A stretch of 64,000 nucleotides of DNA from Candidatus Latescibacterota bacterium. Its GTDB lineage: Bacteria; Latescibacterota; UBA2968; GCA-2709665. The notes under the pieces were generated by a model. It did no database searches. It worked only from the letters and a program-made list of their open reading frames with translations, and had not been told where the DNA came from. The stretch spans positions 1,408,001-1,472,000 of the forward strand of contig OZ252100.1 of assembly GCA_965248435.1 (NCBI GenBank), in the 5' to 3' direction. Shown one piece after another: positions 33,535 to 41,479 of this stretch. Positions within the stretch are counted from its first letter, which is position 1. Each line of letters begins with the position of its first letter. A program made the translations under genes and the position numbers.

Positions 33535-33583
33535 GACTCCTCACCAGTCCTTACTAATACCCAATCGACAGGAGCGGCATGGC

Positions 33584-33735
33584 TTATAACGGTCTCGGCA
33601 CTCCCCAAACCTGCCGAGCGGGCGTGGCGGTTGCCTTAACAGTTTTTTATTGGCTAGCAGCAAGCACCGTGACTGCGAAAGGCAGGTTTCAGCGGAGGCG
33701 CGTATGCGCCGTAGCCGTGGGTGCTCGTGTTACAC
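33584..33735 (-). repeat. attC-like site (long form)
   Basis: ttataac..aaacctgcc..ggcaggttt..ggcgcgtatgcgcc..gttacac. Confidence 0.85.
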
Positions 33736-33810
33736 GCAGGCGGCGCGCCCCCATCATGGGCAGGTATACAGGGGCTGAAATACAGTGCACACCATAAACA
33801 GGGGTGGCAG

Positions 33811-34491
33811 TTACGCACTGGGGCTCACGACCTGGCAGGAGCACCCAGGAGCAACGTACTCGCTGGCCCCCTCGCCAAATCGGACGACACCATCATAGCC
33901 AAGAGCGATGATCTCCGTACCGGCAACCACGATCGCGGACCGTTCTGAGATGGCGAGTACAGGATGCGAATGGTCCCCGACTAGCCGTGATATCATTGGG
34001 TCGTCTGAAGTCTTGTAGTGACACCATATCGTGAAGCCGTCGACGACCCCGAGGCCAGTCGTGTCCGCCAACCCTACGTCATTGGGATCTGCATGTTCGC
34101 AGCTTCTGATGTCGCATCCCATTATGATCGCACCGGCACTTCCGCCGAAGACTGGTCCGCCCGCTTCGATGAAGCGTCGCAAACCGGGCTCCATCTTCTT
34201 CGAGCGCAAGTTGGCAAGCATTGAGAAGGTGTTGCCCCCTCCGATATACACACCGCCAAAGTCCCCAAGAAGATCCGGATTTTAGTCTCCTGGGCCTGCC
34301 CACATCTGGATGGAGGTGACCCCGAAGGGGGAAATTGCCGCACAGATCCATCTGTAGGAATCCTCTGCCGGGAAGGCATCACCGGGCACGTATAGCAGAG
34401 GTTCCCTACCTGCGACCCAGGCCGCAAAGAGTTCGTGGTGGAGACGGGTTTCGTTCTCGTCTCCGCCTCCAGATAGCACGAGTCTCATCAT
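33811..34491 (-). pseudogene. peptidase E (S51)-like cassette gene interrupted by one in-frame TAA at 34282-34284
   Basis: LVLSGGGD start and YIGGGNT, GGSAGA, WCHY motifs in the same frame on either side of the stop. Confidence 0.82.
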
Positions 34492-34590
34492 TGGGTCGAT
34501 CCCTTGTCTGTCGTCCAGTGACGGGCTTCGGCTTCTTGCTCTTGTGCACGACTTGCAGAGGTGGTGTGGCTGGGATCTTGCGCCGCTTGC

Positions 34591-34733
34591 GTGTAACGTT
34601 CTCGCGGGCTGCGAACCTGCCGAGCGGGCGCGGCGCTTGCAAACCAGGCTTTTCAAAGCAAGCGCCGTGACCGCGATAAGGCAGGTTGGGCGAAGGCGCG
34701 AACGCGCCGGAGCCGCAGCCCGGCGTGTTATAC
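34591..34733 (-). repeat. attC-like site (long form)
   Basis: gtgtaac..gggctgcg aacctgcc..ggcaggtt..ggcgcgaacgcgcc..cgcagccc..gttatac. Confidence 0.85.
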
Positions 34734-34748
34734 GGCGTTGGCCAGGTT

Positions 34749-35309
34749 CTATGATTTTGTTCTTTGCTGTTGGTATTCGTCTCGCAGGATTCCGTAAACG
34801 TGGTAATCACCGAAGGCATCCCACTTCTTGTAATGTTGCTTCAAACACCCCTCGTAGCCCATACCGATCTTCTCTAGGACTCGCCCAGAGGCCGGATTGG
34901 TGTCCATGTGCCTCGCGTGAATCTTGTTCAACCCGAGTTCGTCAAAACCGTAGTGCAAAACAGCCTTCGCAGCTTCTGTGCAGTATCCGCTTCCCCAGTA
35001 TTCCTTGCCGATCCAGTATCCCATCTCCCCTCTGTCATGTGGTCGGCTGATTACAAGCCCGATCGCGCCAATGAGCAATCCATCTAACTTGAGGGTTACT
35101 GCGAAGATCACTTCATTTCCGGAATCGAAGGCCTTCCTATGGGTTGAGATCCACTTCTCCGCGTCTCCCGCTTCGTATGGATGTGGGATGTTGAGAGTGG
35201 TGGCTGCGATCTCCCGATCGCCCGCGAGTTTGTGGACTCTCGGCGCATCTTTCTCCACAAATGGACGAAGGAGAAGTCTGTCGGTTTCTAGGTTAGGTTG
35301 CTCTGCCAT
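34749..35309 (-). CDS. RimJ/RimL-type GNAT acetyltransferase (cassette)
   Basis: LETDRLLLRP, IPHPY, EMGYWIGKEYWGSGYCTEA, NPASGRVLEKIG. Confidence 0.93.
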   Translation of the reverse strand: MAEQPNLETDRLLLRPFVEKDAPRVHKLAGDREIAATTLNIPHPYEAGDAEKWISTHRKAFDSGNEVIFAVTLKLDGLLIGAIGLVISRPHDRGEMGYWIGKEYWGSGYCTEAAKAVLHYGFDELGLNKIHARHMDTNPASGRVLEKIGMGYEGCLKQHYKKWDAFGDYHVYGILRDEYQQQRTKS

Positions 35310-35343
35310 TGGTGGTTACTGGATTCATTCCCCGGCCAATGCC

Positions 35344-35432
35344 GTATAACGTTCTCGCGGGCTGCGAACCTGCCGAAGGCAGGTTAGGTCCGAGGCCCGA
35401 AAGGGCCTGAGCCGCGCACGGTCGTGTTATGA
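35344..35432 (-). repeat. attC-like site (short form)
   Basis: gtataac..aacctgccgaaggcaggtt..ggcccgaaagggcc..gttatga; overlaps the stop codon of 35427-36257. Confidence 0.85.
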
Positions 35433-36257
35433 GCCGTGCCGCTCAATTACTGTGATGAGATCATACTCTTCGTGTAATCTGTATCCAAGCTTTAGAGCAA
35501 GACCGTCTGATCGTGGATTTTCGGTGGTTCCCCAATGAGGCTCCTTGTCACTCCTTATGCATTCTGACAGAAGGGCAGCTGAGGCGACAGTTGCAAGACC
35601 TAATTTCTGAAAGCCGTCATCTGTTCCCACTCCCACCTCAATCGAGGATTCACTCACTCCGAAGGAAGTGGCTTCCGCAACTCGTTCACCGTCCTTGAGA
35701 ATCCAAAAACTGATTCCGCCTCGTTCAAAGAATCGTCTCAGCCTGACAAAGGCCAGAACCTTTCTTTCCACATCGATCCCTCTTTCCCTTGCCATTTCCT
35801 CATCGAACCGACGGAGCTCAAATCCAGGCCGCAGCCGACCTCTGAGGTCCGAGAGATGGGTGAGGTCCAGGAACTTTGCAGAGTAAATCTTCCTTCTCCG
35901 TGTCAGGACTCTCTTTTCAATAGCCGAAAGTATAGCCGTGTTCCACTCCTCATTCTCTGGTGTCAAGAGTTCTCCGGTGAACTCGGTACTCCACTGGGGG
36001 TAAGAATTGGCAACAGAAATCCTCGAACAGATTTCCCCAAGACTCGTCAAAGATGGATCCCCGCCAATCAGAACGTCTGAACCCACCCTCAACTTAGCGA
36101 TCCGAGGATTCACAGCATCATCCACGGAAACCTCGACAAAGTCCTTAAATCCGTCGAAATAACCTTCGAAAGTTGCGTCAATATAGGGACGAAGCCTTCT
36201 GTGGCCATCGAACAGGCTGCTACATTGGAACCAGTCTTCAGGTTTCAGTTTGACCAC
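35427..36257 (-). CDS. GNAT family acetyltransferase (cassette)
   Basis: IEVGVGT...QKLGLAT, PHW...N.RS..LALKLGY. Confidence 0.85.
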   Translation of the reverse strand: MVKLKPEDWFQCSSLFDGHRRLRPYIDATFEGYFDGFKDFVEVSVDDAVNPRIAKLRVGSDVLIGGDPSLTSLGEICSRISVANSYPQWSTEFTGELLTPENEEWNTAILSAIEKRVLTRRRKIYSAKFLDLTHLSDLRGRLRPGFELRRFDEEMARERGIDVERKVLAFVRLRRFFERGGISFWILKDGERVAEATSFGVSESSIEVGVGTDDGFQKLGLATVASAALLSECIRSDKEPHWGTTENPRSDGLALKLGYRLHEEYDLITVIERHGS

Positions 36258-36329
36258 AACAAGCTCCTCTCTTCTGCGGCATGGCTCATTGTATCTTGAA
36301 AATATGATCTATTTGTAGATTATCTTGGT

Positions 36330-36505
36330 TCGAAGAAGACCTCTGGGGAGGCCGGATTGCGCATGAAGGCATTGACCTTGGACGTTAGATAGGCCCCCCG
36401 CCTTCTTGGCCCATGCCGAGGAGTATCCGAGACCCGAGAGTCTGTATCACAAGGCTGGTAGGCCAGGTGCAAGGTCGGGGGACCAGAGGTACAAATAAGG
36501 AGGGA
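36330..36505 (+). ncRNA. putative bridge/seek RNA of the IS110 element
   Basis: two stem-closed loops holding segments that match the target (attgcgcat, acgtta) and the donor junction (gagtatc, ggtacaa); exact ends unknown. Confidence 0.68.
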
Positions 36506-36511
36506 GAGATC

Positions 36512-37504
36512 ATGAAGCAAGAGAATCTGTTGGGGGTAGATGTCTCAGCCCGGGAGCTGGTGGTCGCGATCCGTCGCTCAGGGAAAGCGTATCCACTGGC
36601 AAGATTTCCCAACACAGGCGAAGGGCACCGTCGATTGATCAAGTGGGCGACAAAGCGGGGAAAGCCGGCTCGAGTGGGAGTCGAGGCCACAGGCATCTAT
36701 AGTTTTGAGGTGGCGTTGGCGTTGTATCGGCATCCGAAGACTCAGGTGATGGTAATCAACCCCAGAGCGCTGAGGAATTTCTCTCAGGCTTTGATGAAAC
36801 GGGGGAAAACCGACCCGATCGATGCGGAAGTGGCATTGGAGTATGTGCAGCGGATGCCCTTCCAGACGTGGCAGGCACCCCGTGATGAAGTACTTGACCT
36901 GCAGGCGATTACACGCCGGATCGCGCAGATCAAAGTCGAGATCAACCGGGAAGGAAACCGGCTTCACGCTTCCACGCAACGCCCATCGGTCGCGTCTGCG
37001 GTCGCCTTGGACATCGAAGAGCATGTTGAACATCTCAAAGCGCGTGTGCAGCAGCTGAAAGCGCGGGCTCTGGAGCTCATTGAGGGGGAAGCCACTCTGC
37101 GCGAGAAGTTCGCGCGATTGACTTCCGTTCACGGGATCGCAGCAACCAGCGCGATGGGCATTCTGGCAGAGATTTCGATGTTGCCTGCCGACATGAAGCC
37201 TGCCCAATGGGTGGCCTACGCAGGCCTGGATCCACGACCCCACGAATCGGGAGACACGATTCAGAAGCGCCGAGTGATCTCCAAAGCGGGGAATAAGTAC
37301 TTACGAACCGCCTTATATATGCCAGCGCTGGTGGCCATTCAACAGCAGCCCAATGTGAAGGCGTTCTACGAAAAACTCATCAGTCGAGGCAAGAAGCCCA
37401 TGCAGGGGGTCATCGCGGTGATGCGAAAGCTGCTTCACTCCATCTGGGGTATTCTCCAACACAACCAGGACTTCGACGGAGAAAAGTTCTACAAAATGGC
37501 TTGA
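36512..37504 (+). CDS. IS110 family DEDD transposase/recombinase
   Basis: GVDVS, VEATG, KTDPIDA, HGI, AYAGLDP..HESG, SKAGNKYLR. Confidence 0.96.
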   Translation: MKQENLLGVDVSARELVVAIRRSGKAYPLARFPNTGEGHRRLIKWATKRGKPARVGVEATGIYSFEVALALYRHPKTQVMVINPRALRNFSQALMKRGKTDPIDAEVALEYVQRMPFQTWQAPRDEVLDLQAITRRIAQIKVEINREGNRLHASTQRPSVASAVALDIEEHVEHLKARVQQLKARALELIEGEATLREKFARLTSVHGIAATSAMGILAEISMLPADMKPAQWVAYAGLDPRPHESGDTIQKRRVISKAGNKYLRTALYMPALVAIQQQPNVKAFYEKLISRGKKPMQGVIAVMRKLLHSIWGILQHNQDFDGEKFYKMA

Positions 37505-37521
37505 CCACCAAGAGAGTATCT

Positions 37522-37616
37522 AACGTTCCCGCGGGCTGCGAACCTGCCCAAGCGCAGCGAAGGCAGGTTAGGTCGGAGGCCCGAAAGGGCCGGAGCCGCA
37601 GCCCGACGTGTTAAGT
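37522..37616 (-). repeat. attC-like site (short form), core interrupted by IS110
   Basis: aacgttccc gcgggctgcg aacctgcc..ggcaggtt..ggcccgaaagggcc..cgcagccc..gttaagt. Confidence 0.85.
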
Positions 37617-37986
37617 GTCCGTGCCGGTGCCCGTATCGAGATACGCTCCAACATCGCGGTCAGACGGATGTCCAGCGTCCGCAGGTCCAGCCCTCCTACT
37701 GACCGATTTGACTCCCTGCAGTACGTGTGTTTCCTTCTCCGACAAGGGCACTATATTAGCGATGGCTATAGCACGACATTGTAGGAGAGACCCGAGCAGT
37801 TCGAGATCGATGACGATATGATGTCCAATCTCGGGCCTGACGGGACATCAATGCTTTGGATCGACCAAAGAGAGATATGTCGACACGAATCCATAGAACC
37901 GAGTGCCCAAGCCGGAAGCTACTTTACCAGCCATCCAGGCGCAAGAAATGGGCCTTGTAGTTCCTACACGTAGAGGAGACCAGAAG

Positions 37987-39033
37987 ATGGACGACGCGAT
38001 GCGTGACACGTTCGCACGACAAGGCTATGTCGTGGTGCCCGACGTTCTCAATCAACAGCAGCTGGACGAGCTCAATGAAGTCTACGATCAGCAGGTCCTC
38101 AGGGGGGAGGAGACGCTGTCCGCCCGCACCGATAACCAGACAAGCTTCTCCGTCCACGGGCGCGACATGCACGAGACGACGGACCGGCACGGCAACACCT
38201 ACGTGGGGAGAAGGCTCTGGAGCAAGACCTACAGGGACCTGATCGACAACGAGACCATGCTGCCCATCGTCGAAGAGATTCTGGGCGACCCGGCGTGGGG
38301 CCATGCCCCGGCACACATGCCGGAAGAGCTCCGCCCGTTGTTCCGGCTGGATCATGACAATGTGCACTACAAGACTGGCCGGAAACCGACAGACGGACCG
38401 GACAAGGGCGGGAGGCTCCACGGCGGCCCGGACCACTGGCATATCACGTGTGTGTATGAACTCAAGACGGTGGGACCGGGTGACGGGGGCTTCGGGTGTG
38501 TCGTCGGCACCCACAAGCCGGCCAATGAGCAGAAACTGCTGGACATCGACGGCGACTGGCGGTCGAACTGGTGCGACACGGAGTGGACGTCGCAGCTGCC
38601 GAACTGGGATCAGGATGTGCCGGTGCATCGCGTCGAGGCCAAGGCCGGGGACTGCATTCTATTCACGGAGAAGCTCAAACACGGCACGATTCCGTGGTCG
38701 GGGAGCGGCGAGCGGCGCACGCTCTTCTACAAGTACGTTCCTTTCGGCATGCACCACGGCGACGCCGCGTACGACACGAATGATCCCGAACTCACCGAGC
38801 GGCAGAAACGCATCCTGGAGTTCTCGCCGTGCTGGTTCAACGAGCCGAGGGAGGACAAAGACTACGCCGCGAACCCGGCGCTCACGGAGCTCCATCCGCT
38901 GGCGCGTGTGGAGAGCGACCCGAGCGTGTTGCTGCCGGGCATGTCGCCGCCGCGCATCCGACTGACGGATGAGACCAGGGCGAGGCTGCTGAGCGCCGGT
39001 GGAGTTGGAGCGAGTGCACACGCGAAGTTGTAG
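37987..39033 (+). CDS. PhyH family dioxygenase, inverted within its cassette
   Basis: RBS aggag; FARQGYVVVPDVL, LHGG, GGFGCVVGTHK, AGDCILFTEKLKHGT, RRTLFYKY. Confidence 0.88.
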   Translation: MDDAMRDTFARQGYVVVPDVLNQQQLDELNEVYDQQVLRGEETLSARTDNQTSFSVHGRDMHETTDRHGNTYVGRRLWSKTYRDLIDNETMLPIVEEILGDPAWGHAPAHMPEELRPLFRLDHDNVHYKTGRKPTDGPDKGGRLHGGPDHWHITCVYELKTVGPGDGGFGCVVGTHKPANEQKLLDIDGDWRSNWCDTEWTSQLPNWDQDVPVHRVEAKAGDCILFTEKLKHGTIPWSGSGERRTLFYKYVPFGMHHGDAAYDTNDPELTERQKRILEFSPCWFNEPREDKDYAANPALTELHPLARVESDPSVLLPGMSPPRIRLTDETRARLLSAGGVGASAHAKL

Positions 39034-39150
39034 TGTTTGATACCTGTCGGCACTTGCTGCGACTGGATCACGGTACCGGCGCCCTGGGCGGATGCGAGAC
39101 AACGCGCCTATCCTGGAGAACCACGCATCGTGTCTAGGCACCGGCATTAC

Positions 39151-39225
39151 ACTTAACGATTAAGCGTGTATCCGGAGTCGGAGAAGCGTGGATGGGAGCG
39201 GGATTCCGGATACACGGTGTTGAAC
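39151..39225 (-). repeat. attC-like site closing the recombinase/Y2 unit
   Basis: acttaac..cgtgtatccgga / tccggatacacg (12-bp perfect IR)..gttgaac. Confidence 0.75.
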
Positions 39226-39430
39226 GAAGCCGCTTCACCTGCCTATGGGGATTGGATGAGTGATTCTTGTGTAAGGACCGCTGGGCTGGCCCAGTCATCG
39301 GACCGTATTTGAAGCTGTTTGGAGGGGCCGATGTCGCAGGATCCCATAGTCGCTCTACCAAGCTCAAAGAGTGGACAGACTACTGCCGTGTTGGGTGGTT
39401 GGGCTTGCGGGCAAGGGATGGTGTAGGAGC

Positions 39431-40615
39431 TCAAGCTACGGCAACATGTGCCGGAGGCGCTCGCAGAGGCGCGAGGGTTCCGACTGTGAGCATAGGGCCT
39501 CCGCACTGCGCACAGACCTGAAGATCGATGCCTGTTACCCGGAGCAGAAGGTCCTGCCAGGTCGCCTTTGTGGCTGCGGAAGCCGTCGTGCATACAGTGC
39601 CCAGGAGCCTACGGCATCGTGCGAGCTTTTTCCGGCGACCCCGATTGCTGAGCAGTCCGTAGTGCCGGATCTTCACGAAGCCATCCGGCAGGATGTGAAG
39701 CAGGAACCGCCGGATGAACTCGTAGGCATCGACGGTCATCAGCTTCCGTCGGTTGCCGTCCTGGCGGTCCCGGTAGTGGAATGAGACCCGGTCGCCCTCA
39801 CAGGCGACCAGCCGGTGGTTGGAGATGGCGATCCGGTGTGTGTATCGTCCCAGATAGGCCACGACGCGTTCTGGATCCGCAAAAGTCGGCTTGACGTAAA
39901 CGGTCCATTCTCTCTGGTAAAGACCCCGAAGCAGATCGAAGAACGCATCTTCCAGTGGAGCACTCAATCCCGGGAACGCCAGAAGGCCTTCCTGGTGCGC
40001 GTCCTTCAGGAACGCAAGGAACTTCCCCCGGAACAGTCGGGACAGAACTTTTACGGGTAGAAAGAAGCCCCGTCGCGCCGCCTTCCATTCCTGACCGTCG
40101 TGGGTCAGCCCACCTCCAGTTACGATACAGTGCAGATGCGGGTGGTCGATGAGTGTCTGAGACCACGTATGAAGCACGGCGGTAAAGCCGATCTGCGCTC
40201 CAAGATACTTCCGTTCCCGCGCCAGCTCCAGAAGACTCTGCGATGCGGCTTTAAACACCAGGTTGTAGATCAGCTTCTGGTTCCGCAGAGCAAGCGGCCG
40301 CAGGGGCTCGGGCAACGTGAAGACGACGTGGAAGTATGGGATCGGAAGGAGATCCTCTTTACGAGCGTCGATCCATCGTTCGGTCGTCAGGAACTGGCAC
40401 TTCGTACAGTGCCGGTTGCGGCAGGAGTTGTAGGCGATCCGCTTCGCTCCGCAGTGTCCGCACACTTCCACGTGTCCGCCCAGCGCAGCTGTTCGGCAGA
40501 TCTGGATAGCCCGCATGGCCCGCTTCTGCCGAAGCGGCATGTGATCACCGTATTCTACTTGATAGCTGTCTCCGTGGGCCCGGAAGATGTCGGCGACTTC
40601 GAGAGCCTGTGACAT
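39431..40615 (-). CDS. IS91-family Y2 (HUH rolling-circle) transposase with Zn-binding domain
   Basis: C..C..YNSCRNRHC.KC, FHVVFTLP, HPHLH (HUH), YLGRY, IRHYG. Confidence 0.95.
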   Translation of the reverse strand: MSQALEVADIFRAHGDSYQVEYGDHMPLRQKRAMRAIQICRTAALGGHVEVCGHCGAKRIAYNSCRNRHCTKCQFLTTERWIDARKEDLLPIPYFHVVFTLPEPLRPLALRNQKLIYNLVFKAASQSLLELARERKYLGAQIGFTAVLHTWSQTLIDHPHLHCIVTGGGLTHDGQEWKAARRGFFLPVKVLSRLFRGKFLAFLKDAHQEGLLAFPGLSAPLEDAFFDLLRGLYQREWTVYVKPTFADPERVVAYLGRYTHRIAISNHRLVACEGDRVSFHYRDRQDGNRRKLMTVDAYEFIRRFLLHILPDGFVKIRHYGLLSNRGRRKKLARCRRLLGTVCTTASAATKATWQDLLLRVTGIDLQVCAQCGGPMLTVGTLAPLRAPPAHVAVA

Positions 40616-40627
40616 GGCCGACCTCCG

Positions 40628-41479
40628 CTACGAAGTCGGCTTGTCTTCATCTCCCAAAAGGTCCAGGGGGCTTCTGATACGCGTGAGGTCCCGGGTGGTG
40701 ACGTGGAGGTAGACGGTGGTGGTTCGAATGCTCGTGTGACCCAACAGTTGTTGGACGAAGCGGATGTCGACTCCGTTGTCCAGAAGATGCGTGGCGAAGC
40801 TGTGACGCAGCGAGTGGACACTCGCACGCTTTTGTATCTCCGCGCGTCGGCAGGCCTGCTCGAAGACTTTCTGGACAGTGCGAGCATGGAGCGGCGCGTC
40901 CGGTCTTTCGCCGGGGAACAGCCAATCGCGAGACGGGTTGGTGCGCCAATAGACGCGGAGTGCCTTTAAGGCCTCCTGGGCCAGAAGCGTCTCTCGCTCT
41001 TTTTGGCCTTTGCCCCGCACACGGATCAGCATCCGGTCACTGTCGATATCGGAAAGCTTTAGCCCGATGGCCTCACTCAGTCTGAGCCCGCCAGAGTAAA
41101 TGACCATCAGCAGCGTACGGTGTTTCAGGTTGTTGGTCCTGTCGATCAGCCGCTGCACTTCCTCTGTGGAGAGTACCACCGGGAGCTTCTTTGCCTTCTT
41201 CGCACGAGGGATGCCCCACTCGACCCAGTCACGCTTCAACGTCGTTTGGAACAGAAACTTCAGCCCGCTGTATACCTGGTTGACATAGCTTTGGGACAGC
41301 TTCCGCTCAGTGATCAGATAGTGCAGATAGGCGCGGATCTCTTCTTCGCTGAGCCGGTCGGGCGGTGTCTTGCAGTAACGACACAGCCCGGCCACTCCGC
41401 TCACGTACGCCTTCTGCGTATCCGGATCTAAACCTTTCAACTGCATGTCCCGGATCATTCGCTTCCGATGCTTGGTCAT
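40628..41479 (-). CDS. tyrosine recombinase (integron-integrase-like, without the IntI-specific insertion)
   Basis: LPVVLS.EEV, GLRLSE, GKG.KER, HSLRHSFATHLL, LLGH...TTVY; short YW...WLFP span. Confidence 0.95.
   Translation of the reverse strand: MTKHRKRMIRDMQLKGLDPDTQKAYVSGVAGLCRYCKTPPDRLSEEEIRAYLHYLITERKLSQSYVNQVYSGLKFLFQTTLKRDWVEWGIPRAKKAKKLPVVLSTEEVQRLIDRTNNLKHRTLLMVIYSGGLRLSEAIGLKLSDIDSDRMLIRVRGKGQKERETLLAQEALKALRVYWRTNPSRDWLFPGERPDAPLHARTVQKVFEQACRRAEIQKRASVHSLRHSFATHLLDNGVDIRFVQQLLGHTSIRTTTVYLHVTTRDLTRIRSPLDLLGDEDKPTS

Larger units (their letters stand above)
36290..37521 (+). mobile_element. IS110-family element inserted in a cassette crossover core
   Basis: removing it restores gcggcatggctcat|aac, matching the cassette's other end (35426-35442); no terminal IRs and no TSD. 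Confidence 0.88.

Noticed and set aside
34282-34284. Programmed frameshift or Sec/Pyl recoding in the peptidase E gene
   Set aside because: Both halves are in the same frame and the codon is TAA, which is not used for Sec or Pyl.
36305-36311. Alternative IS110 left boundary at gatct|attt (shared ATCTA with the right end)
   Set aside because: The boundary at 36290 restores the cassette's 17-bp end match and yields a 17-bp-spaced junction promoter; this alternative does neither.
31404-37616. Recurrent 85-150 bp repeats as a CRISPR array
   Set aside because: The intervening sequences are whole genes, the repeats are long and variable, and no cas genes are present; a cassette array fits better.
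40628-41479. Calling the recombinase intI
   Set aside because: It lacks the IntI-specific insertion, is co-oriented with and coupled to a Y2 transposase, and lies inside a cassette-like unit.
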